Part shown: one piece after another, positions 35,177 to 42,144 of the stretch
Layout: the number at the start of each line of letters is the position of its first letter
Position numbering within the stretch: position 1 is the first letter of the stretch
Source of the DNA: a virus
Lineage: Duplodnaviria > Heunggongvirae > Uroviricota > Caudoviricetes
Virus record (IMG/VR): IMGVR_UViG_3300048854_000273
Coordinates: 1 to 43,412 of that record
Strand: one strand, 5' to 3'
Length of the DNA stretch: 43,412 bases
Made by a program: the position numbers and the translations under genes
Notes under the pieces: generated by a model
The model's database searches: none
Told to the model about the DNA's origin: nothing
What the model saw: only the letters and a program-made list of their open reading frames with translations

Positions 35177-35659
35177 CTAGATAGCCTTCTGGCAGGCTGT
35201 CGTGAGGTTGGCGAGCAGCTCCTTCTCGATCTCATCGGAGGCACGCTCCAGATATTTGCCGCCCACCTTGCCGCTACCGCCGTCCTTCTCCTGCGACTTC
35301 GGTCCCAATTGCAGCGGGCCGGCCGGTGTCAGGTGCTCATGCATTTCCCATGCGTAGTCCCCCACCGTCTTGCCGGGACGCTCCCTGCCGTTCGAGTCGT
35401 GCGCGGGGAGTGTCTCGTCCACATACACCTCGATGCTCTTGCGGGCGAACTGCCCGCGATCGTTGCGGCCGCCGCCGGCTTCACGCACCTTGATCGCCTT
35501 CTCCAGGTCGCCATGATCGACCGGCGCGTTCTCGCGGGCCTTTTCTGCGAGCTTTTCCGCCTCAACCTTCATCTGGGCGTAGATGCCGCGCACCGCCTTC
35601 TCACCCACCTGCTGCAACAGCACGCCCAGGTTGTCGGTCCCTTCGATCGTCACGCTCAT
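35177..35659 (-). CDS. HK97 gp10-like neck/tail-completion protein (160 aa from MSVTIE)
   Basis: ARENAPVDHGDLEKAI...YAWEMHE...GGKYLERA pattern. Confidence 0.75.
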   Translation of the reverse strand: MSVTIEGTDNLGVLLQQVGEKAVRGIYAQMKVEAEKLAEKARENAPVDHGDLEKAIKVREAGGGRNDRGQFARKSIEVYVDETLPAHDSNGRERPGKTVGDYAWEMHEHLTPAGPLQLGPKSQEKDGGSGKVGGKYLERASDEIEKELLANLTTACQKAI

Positions 35660-36051
35660 GGCAGCTCCTCTGTATCGACATAGCAAAGCTCGAAGTTGGT
35701 GCTCCACTCCGTCAGGTTTGCGCTCGACAGCGGGAACGGGACGGGCAGCGCAAGAGGGCGGCAGTAGTTGATCTTCATCGTGCCGATGACCGTATCCGCC
35801 GGCACCTTCAGCACGGCCATTGCCTGCTTGATGAGGGTCTGCCCCGCGTCGTAGGTCGGCGCGCGCGCAATCACCTGAAAGCGGGCGCGGTAGAAGCCCG
35901 GCAGGTAGTTATCGATCGGCACGCCGGAAAGCGGCGTGCGCAGCATCACGGCCGTTGTCACCGCCGTCGGCATTTGGTCGACGAAAAGCGAAGCGCCCTG
36001 CTCGCCCAGACCGGCGTCCTCGAGGCGCTGTGTGAGAAGCTGAAGGTTCAT
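35656..36051 (-). CDS. Tail terminator-like protein (131 aa)
   Basis: RFQVIARA..YD.G..L pattern typical of terminator/gp17-like proteins. Confidence 0.65.
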   Translation of the reverse strand: MNLQLLTQRLEDAGLGEQGASLFVDQMPTAVTTAVMLRTPLSGVPIDNYLPGFYRARFQVIARAPTYDAGQTLIKQAMAVLKVPADTVIGTMKINYCRPLALPVPFPLSSANLTEWSTNFELCYVDTEELP

Positions 36052-36398
36052 GCGGCACTCCAGACATTGAGCCGGACTTCATAGTGGTCGAGCCGGCCGT
36101 TCAGATCGTATTGGGGCGACTTCGACACCACGCGCAGAGACAGGCCCGCGGCCCTGACCACGTCGTCGATGTTCGCCCGAGTCTTCGGAGAGAACAACAA
36201 CAGCGCGTCCTCGTTCAGCTCGAAGGCCGTGCCGCGGCTGGCCGTCGTGTCGCTGCTAACGGACGTCCGGGTGGACTTGATCTCGATCTTGACCACACTG
36301 ACCCGCTCGGGGATGCTCACGCCCGGCAATGGCTCTCCATGCACGTTGGTCTTGCCCGAGGCGACCTCGATCACGCAGGAGACGGTCGGATTAAACAT
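36048..36398 (-). CDS. Head closure/adaptor-like protein (116 aa from MFNPTV)
   Basis: Position and C-terminal G.LDHYEV motif; overlaps the upstream stop. Confidence 0.6.
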   Translation of the reverse strand: MFNPTVSCVIEVASGKTNVHGEPLPGVSIPERVSVVKIEIKSTRTSVSSDTTASRGTAFELNEDALLLFSPKTRANIDDVVRAAGLSLRVVSKSPQYDLNGRLDHYEVRLNVWSAA

Positions 36399-37035
36399 GC
36401 AGCACCGCCTTGGTGTTCGGGTGGAAGATGCGCCGGCGGGCTTCCTCGAGCGAGAGGTAGCCGTGCTTGCCCGAAATCGACACCCCTTCGGGACTCGCGT
36501 CGGCCCGCTCGATGAACACCACATCCTGCCCCCGGCGGTTCGCGTCGGACACCACCGCGTCGATCGCCGTCTGGATCGCGAAGTGACGCAGGGTTGTGCG
36601 CATCAGCACCGTCGCCTCAAACATGCGGCCGCGCGCGTCAGCCACGCGATACTCGAGGCTGCCCAGCTTCTTCTGCAGGAGCAGGCCCATGCCGCCCGAG
36701 GCGCCCTTGAGCATTGCCGCGGGAGACTGCTGGGCGCCACGCAGGGACTTCATCACAGTCTTGATGTTCTGTGCGACGGCGACACGCAGTCCCGCACGCG
36801 TTACGTCGCTCAGGTTGCCCTCCTCGCTAAGCGTCGCTTCATACCGCGTCATCTCACTGTCGGCGCGCGCAAAGAAGGTCTGGGCGAGCGCATGCGCGTT
36901 ATGCGACACGTTCGTCAGGGTCTGCGGTGATACCGTCGATCCGGGCGTCGTCACACCGAGATAGAGCCCGGTAAGCGCCGACAGGAACGACCGGTAGTCG
37001 CCCATCACCGCGTTGGTGAAATCGTCATAGGTCAC
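36391..37035 (-). CDS. Hypothetical virion morphogenesis protein (214 aa from GTG 37035)
   Basis: GTGA overlap with the upstream gene is preferred over the GTG at 37101. Confidence 0.6.
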   Translation of the reverse strand: MTYDDFTNAVMGDYRSFLSALTGLYLGVTTPGSTVSPQTLTNVSHNAHALAQTFFARADSEMTRYEATLSEEGNLSDVTRAGLRVAVAQNIKTVMKSLRGAQQSPAAMLKGASGGMGLLLQKKLGSLEYRVADARGRMFEATVLMRTTLRHFAIQTAIDAVVSDANRRGQDVVFIERADASPEGVSISGKHGYLSLEEARRRIFHPNTKAVLHV

Positions 37036-37895
37036 GTGCGTGCGAGCCTTTTCGAGTTGGACACGAAGTAGCTGACGTAGGACATGGCGCGCTTGCAGCA
37101 CGGCATTTCCAGCGGCTTGGTCGAGCGGTAGGTCTGCTTGGTCGTGCCGACCGCGTCGGAGACAAGACCCATTTCCCGCTTGAGGGCGATCGGATCATTG
37201 CCGAGGATCGCGTCGGCTTCTGCAACCTGTGCCTTTCTGAGCGCGCCCTTGAACCGCTCCGGCAGTGAGTCGAACTGCTGCGCGTTGAGCAGCTCCAGAT
37301 TGCCGTCGAACATGAACAGGCTATCGGTCGCCGCATACTTCGACGTGTAGGTGCCTTCAGGCACGAAATTCAGGCTGTCCTGCCCGAAGTTCATATTCGA
37401 GTTGAGCAGGTAGTAGCTGAGCTTGCACAGGTGCCAGCGAGCCTCAATCATGGCCGCAAATCGCTCCTCGTCGGTCGCCGCATCCCAGGCCGGGGTGCCC
37501 GGAATGTCGATCGCCGCAAGCTGCGCCTGCGCATAGGTCTGGAAGCTGTTCACGCCCGGCACGAGGGTATCGACGGGCTCGATGCCATAGACGTAGGTCA
37601 GGCCGACCGCGTTGCCATCATCGAGCGTGAGAAACAGCTCCACGATGCGACCCTCGCGCGTGGGCACCGTGTGTTCGGTGGGCGTCGCACCCAGCACGTT
37701 CAGACTCGCCGGAACCGTGATCTGCACGTCAGCCGATCCAGCGACGAAGTCAGCGAGCGCCGAGCGCGCGACCAGTTCCGCATTGGCCTGGTCGACGATC
37801 CGGTATTCGACCGAGGCAACGTTCAGAGGCGCTCCGGTGCGGTCGAGCAGCGGAATCACGCACAAGACATTGGTTCCAGCGAGAAAGACCTGCAT
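37032..37895 (-). CDS. Head-tail connector/adaptor protein (287 aa)
   Basis: GVNSFQTYAQA...W..A....AAMIEA...L motif typical of adaptor proteins; head-module position. Confidence 0.65.
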   Translation of the reverse strand: MQVFLAGTNVLCVIPLLDRTGAPLNVASVEYRIVDQANAELVARSALADFVAGSADVQITVPASLNVLGATPTEHTVPTREGRIVELFLTLDDGNAVGLTYVYGIEPVDTLVPGVNSFQTYAQAQLAAIDIPGTPAWDAATDEERFAAMIEARWHLCKLSYYLLNSNMNFGQDSLNFVPEGTYTSKYAATDSLFMFDGNLELLNAQQFDSLPERFKGALRKAQVAEADAILGNDPIALKREMGLVSDAVGTTKQTYRSTKPLEMPCCKRAMSYVSYFVSNSKRLART

Positions 37896-37899
37896 CGCG

Positions 37900-38340
37900 T
37901 TACTCGCCCTTTTCTTCGAAGACGCCGCCCGTTGCCTTGACGATCGCGTCGATCAGGCCACGAATGGAGTTGTTCTTGATGCCCAGCGGCTCAGCGATCT
38001 CGCGCACGCCACCGATGCCTTTCTCGTCAGCAACGGCAGCCAGCTCGACCTCGCTCCAGACCTTAACGTCCGTCTTGACGGGCACCACCGGCACTGTATT
38101 GGCTGCCTCTGTTGCGACAGTTGTTGCGCTTGTCGATACGGCCGGCGCATGCATCTGGTCGAGCAGGAACTGCGACACGCTTGGGTTCGAGCCGTCTTCC
38201 CATTCGCACGCATATACGGCAGCAATGCGAGTGGCGTCCTTATGCGACACGTCAGCGGTCGATTCGCCGTCCACGAAGAAGACCGCGCCCATCTGTGCGG
38301 TGTAGCGCTCCATGCCTGGCGTTTTCAATCGAAGTTTCAT
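37900..38340 (-). CDS. Hypothetical head-module protein (146 aa from MKLRLK) with small helical C-domain
   Basis: Follows the capsid terminator; the track start at 38388 lies in the regulatory region. Confidence 0.65.
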   Translation of the reverse strand: MKLRLKTPGMERYTAQMGAVFFVDGESTADVSHKDATRIAAVYACEWEDGSNPSVSQFLLDQMHAPAVSTSATTVATEAANTVPVVPVKTDVKVWSEVELAAVADEKGIGGVREIAEPLGIKNNSIRGLIDAIVKATGGVFEEKGE

Positions 38341-38357
38341 TTGGTATCCCTGATGTG

Positions 38358-38385
38358 AAAAAGGGCGAGCCCTAGGCCCGCCCTT
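38358..38385 (-). terminator. Rho-independent terminator after the capsid gene (AAGGGCGGGCC-TAG-GGCTCGCCCTT-TTT)
   Basis: 11-bp stem plus U-tract. Confidence 0.8.
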
Positions 38386-38386
38386 C

Positions 38387-38415
38387 ATGATAGTCAGTTT
38401 TGACTATCCCAACAA
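38387..38415 (-). promoter_or_regulatory. Motif copy 12 (38390-38407, perfect) within putative promoter TTGTTG-17-TATCAT
   Basis: Exact consensus 8 bp after the capsid stop; -10 at 38387-38392. Confidence 0.85.
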
Positions 38416-39327
38416 TTAAATGTTGGAAACGCCTTGCAGACGTGCGATCGAACGCGTGGACTTCAGCGCGAGGCCGGTATACCACTTCAGGCGGATACGC
38501 GTTGCGTCCTTGTTCTGCACCGTGCCGATGTTCTCGACCACGATACCCGCGTCGCCACCGCCGTAGATGCCGTGCAGGCCATCCAGCTCATTCAGGCGCA
38601 GCGCGTAGACCGAACACAGGTTCGAGCCGGTGCCGACACTTTCGTTAGCGCCGAGGAACTCGTTCATGATGATCGGAATGCCGTTGTGTGTGAGCATCGG
38701 GCGGCCGAAGTTCTGCAACTGCTGCATCACAGCGTCGGTGCCGTAGGTCGCGCGCAGCAGGCCGCGGAATGCGCGGATCGTGCCACGACGCATCACCAGC
38801 ACGTCAGCGCCGTTCGGCACTGCGTCGAGCAGCTCGTCCAGCATCGTCAGCGTGAGTGCATTGCCATTCGCGCCAGCGTTGATCGTCTGCGTGCCGCCAG
38901 CCTGAACAGCCAGATTCGGCAGACCGTCGAACGCTTTCGGGTTCGCGGTTGCGTCGCCCGTTGCCAGCGTCTGGTGGAACACGCGCGCAACACCCTTGGC
39001 CTTCTTGGCGATCTGGATCGCCATCTGGTCGTTGGTGTCGCTTTCGGTCGACTGCAGGAACTTGTCGACGTCCACGTCGCCCGCCAGGATGCGCAGCTTC
39101 GTCACGACTTCCGTCACGGTCGATGCACTTTCGTTCACCGTATCGTTCGGGTCGAGGAAGTCAGCGCCTGCCAGCGAGTCTTCGCGGTTGTAGACATACG
39201 CCTTGCCGTTCACGCCGACAAAGGGCAGGACCGAGAACAGGTCGTCGCGGTCGATGATTTCGTCGATAACGCCAGCGACCAACTGGTTGTTGCTCAGCAG
39301 GTCGGCCGTATCTTTCAAAAGAGGCAT
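38416..39327 (-). CDS. Major capsid protein (HK97 fold, 303 aa)
   Basis: Follows the scaffold; AAAGGA RBS; FDGL motif; recalled similarity to SSU5-type capsids. Confidence 0.9.
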   Translation of the reverse strand: MPLLKDTADLLSNNQLVAGVIDEIIDRDDLFSVLPFVGVNGKAYVYNREDSLAGADFLDPNDTVNESASTVTEVVTKLRILAGDVDVDKFLQSTESDTNDQMAIQIAKKAKGVARVFHQTLATGDATANPKAFDGLPNLAVQAGGTQTINAGANGNALTLTMLDELLDAVPNGADVLVMRRGTIRAFRGLLRATYGTDAVMQQLQNFGRPMLTHNGIPIIMNEFLGANESVGTGSNLCSVYALRLNELDGLHGIYGGGDAGIVVENIGTVQNKDATRIRLKWYTGLALKSTRSIARLQGVSNI

Positions 39328-39398
39328 TGCTTTTCCTTTAAGAGAGTAGAAACAGTTTCGTTTCGGGCCTAGGTCGCTTTAGTCACCGATAGGACGCC

Positions 39399-39409
39399 AC
39401 AATACCACA
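39399..39409 (-). promoter_or_regulatory. Extended -10 TGTGGTATTGT upstream of the capsid gene
   Basis: TG-N-TAnnnT, same 5' string as two other sites. Confidence 0.6.
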
Positions 39410-39454
39410 AAAGGGGCGCTTTGAACAGTCAGTTATTACTATCGTAAGCGCCCC
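39409..39454 (-). terminator. Terminator GGGGCGCTT...AAGCGCCCC-TTTT whose 24-nt loop holds motif copy 13 (39425-39442, ACAGTCAGTTATTACTAT)
   Basis: 9-bp perfect inverted repeat flanking a degenerate motif, 7 bp after the scaffold stop. Confidence 0.7.
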
Positions 39455-39461
39455 AGAATGG

Positions 39462-40385
39462 TCAGCCGTTCAACTTCACATTCAGCCCCTTCAGGCCCGC
39501 TGCGATGCGCGAAAGACCCTTCGACGAGCCCTCAGCCTGTTCGATCGTCGTCACCTTGGCGCTGGCAAGACGCGAGTCGGAACCGGCGCCGGGCTTCACT
39601 TTGCTCTTGAACAGATGATCCTTCTCGGGGTCGGCCTCGACGATCTTGCGCAGCGCCTCGTCAAAGCTCATGGCTGCGCCCGAACCGTTGACGATCATCG
39701 TGCGCTCGGTCGCGCCCTTCGGCTTGTCGTATGCAACGACCTTGCCGTCGACCAGCTCGAAGTGGTCGCCGTAAATCACGCGCGCCTTGGCCGGCGTCAG
39801 AGCCAGTTCTGCGCTGATGAACTGCGACTGCGAGAACTGCGTGCCGACGGTCAATTCGTTGATCACACCGTCGCGCTGGCCGAGCTGCGCCTGGAGCGCG
39901 TCGATCTTTTCCTGCAAGGTCTTCTTTTCCTTGCCGTGTTCGTCGGCCATGCGCTCTTTCAGGCGCGACCACTCGCCCTTCGCTTCGAGTGCGGCGGTTT
40001 CGGCGTCCTGCTTTTCCTTCAGCAGCGCGCGCACCGCTTCCGGGTCGATACCTTCGAACTTCTTCAGTTGCTCCTGGGCTGTCGACAGTGCCGCATTGGC
40101 CTCGTCGAGCTTGCCCTTTTTCTGCATCACTTCCTTCAGCAGCTTGGCTTCTTCGTCAGTCGGCTTGCGATCACCGCCGCCCTGCTTTGCCCGCTCGGCC
40201 GCCGCGGCCGCTTCTGCCGCTTCGGCGTCGGCTGCCTCTGCTGCTGCCTTAGCGGCAGCTGTCTTGGCGGCTTCAGCGGCCAGGCCAGCAGCAATTGCAG
40301 CGGCACCGCCCGATTTCGTGCCGTCGTCGCCCGCCGCATCCATGTAGCGTTGGGCCATCATCAGTTTGCGCAGAAGGTGAGTCAT
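39462..40385 (-). CDS. Capsid scaffolding protein (DUF4355-like)
   Basis: Ala/Glu/Lys coiled coil between portal and capsid; C-terminal L...G tail. Confidence 0.82.
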   Translation of the reverse strand: MTHLLRKLMMAQRYMDAAGDDGTKSGGAAAIAAGLAAEAAKTAAAKAAAEAADAEAAEAAAAAERAKQGGGDRKPTDEEAKLLKEVMQKKGKLDEANAALSTAQEQLKKFEGIDPEAVRALLKEKQDAETAALEAKGEWSRLKERMADEHGKEKKTLQEKIDALQAQLGQRDGVINELTVGTQFSQSQFISAELALTPAKARVIYGDHFELVDGKVVAYDKPKGATERTMIVNGSGAAMSFDEALRKIVEADPEKDHLFKSKVKPGAGSDSRLASAKVTTIEQAEGSSKGLSRIAAGLKGLNVKLNG

Positions 40386-40427
40386 GTTTCGTGTTTCCTT
40401 GACCAGTCTCTAGGTCGTAGTTGTGAA

Positions 40428-40455
40428 AATGCCGGCCCATCACTTGGCCGGCGTT
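40428..40455. terminator. Hairpin GCCGGCC-N8-GGCCGGC with flanking A/T runs after the portal stop
   Basis: 7-bp perfect stem, extendable by AAAT/GTTT. Confidence 0.55.
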
Positions 40456-40459
40456 TGGT

Positions 40460-42082
40460 TTAGCCTTCCGACTTCGTGGTTAGCGACTCGCTCGCCAACG
40501 CGCGGTCGGAAGATTTCTGGAGCTGCTGTTGCGTGCCCGCCTGGGCTTGAGCAACCAGTGGGTCCACCGGCGGCCAGTCATTCAGGTCAGCGAGGATCTT
40601 GTCCTTGATGCCTTTGGCGAGTTGCGGGAACAATTTGTCGATCACTGCCTTCATCTGTTCCTGACGCAGTGAGTCCGGCGCCTCGATCAGCGAAAGACGA
40701 GCGGCAATGTCGAACTCGTCGTAGAGCCCGCGGGTGTCAAAATCGTCCGGGTAGGTCACAAACTGCTTGTCGTCGGAGAGCGGTTCCCCGTTCCAGAGCG
40801 CGACCAGAGCCGCGATCTTGTTCTCGATCGACTGCAGTGAGTCCGCCTTGGCCGCCAACAGAGCGTTCACTCGCTCGAAGTCGTATGCCTTGGCTACACC
40901 GGAGCTGTTGTCGATCCCGAGCGAGTTGTCCTGTTTGGTGCGCTCGCCTGCGAGACCAACTGTGTGATAAATCTCGTTGATGATCTTGTGGATCACCGCG
41001 AGGATCATCTGGGCCTGTTTAGGGTCCGGGGAAATGTATTTGGGCTCGCCACCCTCGCCGTCGTAGAGGAAGATGCGCTTGGTGCCCATCTCCATCATCT
41101 TCGTGTAGTTGTCGTCGCCAGGCATCATGCCCTGCGCCGGCATTGCGAGCTGGCTGAACGTCTGGTCCTGAATGATGGCGTCGAGGTTCGACAGGTAGTT
41201 GCCCACCGCGCGATCGAGGTAGGCAATGTCGTCGATCATCGACGGCGCAACGTAAAGCTCGTCCGAGATCACGTGGTCCGCCAAGATCACCGGCACCACA
41301 CCCAACTGATGGTTGCCCTCGCCGATCTGCACCACCTTCATTTTCTTGCCCTTGCCCTGCAGCTCGAAAAGGCGCCAGTCCATCTTGGTCCAGAGCCGGA
41401 AGCGTTGCAGAACCGCGCCGCTCGACGTCATCGGGTCGGCGTCGTCGCGCGCCGTCTCCTGGATCAGTGCCCAGTTCAGCGCGCCCATGCCGTCGTAGCT
41501 GTAGTCGAGCAACTGCTCGGGACCGACGAGATAGGCATAAGTCATGACGCCGGCAGCCCGCTCCTCGGCTTTGGTCTGCACCGCGTCGGTCTTCGTGTTG
41601 TCGATCACGATGCCGATGCGGCCCTGCCGGGAGGTGCGTGAGGCGATCTGTCGCGCGAAGTCCTGGATGCCGAGCCCGTTGCGGGTGCTTTTCAGCCAGA
41701 ACTGCTTCACGCAGTCAGGCGCGTCTTCCGTGTTGCGGGTGATCGCCTGCTTGAACAGATATTTGTTCAGCAGGTCGACGACTTCCTTTGTGTGGTTGAA
41801 GCGATACGCCCGCGCGAGTCGGTCGTTGTATTCCTTGTCGCCTTCCTTGATGTAGCGGAACACATTGTCAGCAAACCACTCGCGGCCGCCTTCATACGTC
41901 TGCTCGATGAAGCGCCAGTGATCGACGTTGCACGCGTATTCCGGGTGACGGCGCGCAATCAGCGCGCGGAGCTTCTTCTGCTCATCGTCGGCGACAGGGG
42001 CGATCCCCATAGCGGCGGCAGACTCGACATCATTCGGGTCGATGGAGAACTGCTCGCCGGCGGTGAAGTTCGAAATATCCAT
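40460..42082 (-). CDS. Portal protein (540 aa)
   Basis: Size and position after terminase; RHPEY...W..I...YEGG, ERTKQDN..SSGVAKAYDF motifs. Confidence 0.88.
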   Translation of the reverse strand: MDISNFTAGEQFSIDPNDVESAAAMGIAPVADDEQKKLRALIARRHPEYACNVDHWRFIEQTYEGGREWFADNVFRYIKEGDKEYNDRLARAYRFNHTKEVVDLLNKYLFKQAITRNTEDAPDCVKQFWLKSTRNGLGIQDFARQIASRTSRQGRIGIVIDNTKTDAVQTKAEERAAGVMTYAYLVGPEQLLDYSYDGMGALNWALIQETARDDADPMTSSGAVLQRFRLWTKMDWRLFELQGKGKKMKVVQIGEGNHQLGVVPVILADHVISDELYVAPSMIDDIAYLDRAVGNYLSNLDAIIQDQTFSQLAMPAQGMMPGDDNYTKMMEMGTKRIFLYDGEGGEPKYISPDPKQAQMILAVIHKIINEIYHTVGLAGERTKQDNSLGIDNSSGVAKAYDFERVNALLAAKADSLQSIENKIAALVALWNGEPLSDDKQFVTYPDDFDTRGLYDEFDIAARLSLIEAPDSLRQEQMKAVIDKLFPQLAKGIKDKILADLNDWPPVDPLVAQAQAGTQQQLQKSSDRALASESLTTKSEG

Positions 42083-42090
42083 TGGTCGTG

Positions 42091-42141
42091 AGTATTGGTG
42101 AGGGTTGCTCTTTTGTCAACAGTCAGTTTTGACTGTATAAC
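42091..42141. promoter_or_regulatory. Motif copy 14 (42119-42136) with two overlapping divergent promoters: minus TTGACA-17-AATACT and plus TTGTCA-17-TATAAC
   Basis: Hexamers at 42114-42119/42091-42096 (minus) and 42113-42118/42136-42141 (plus). Confidence 0.7.
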
Positions 42142-42144
42142 CCG

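Noticed and set aside
928-36051. Six proteins end in -AA (Gmk, ligase, Hfq, PhoH, endolysin, head closure), resembling ssrA/ClpX degrons
   Set aside because: All six stops overlap the next start (GCA TGA = ATGA, or GCT TGA = TTGA) with an SD in the preceding codons, so translational coupling explains the pattern. A degron role is not excluded but has no support.
12520-39327. o-spanin and major capsid both begin MPLLK
   Set aside because: A five-residue match with no further similarity; treated as coincidence.
5150-42136. Dispersed 18-bp repeats as a CRISPR array, IS ends, iterons or REP elements
   Set aside because: They are not tandem, have no spacers, transposase or target duplications, and are AT-rich and tied to promoter and start positions.
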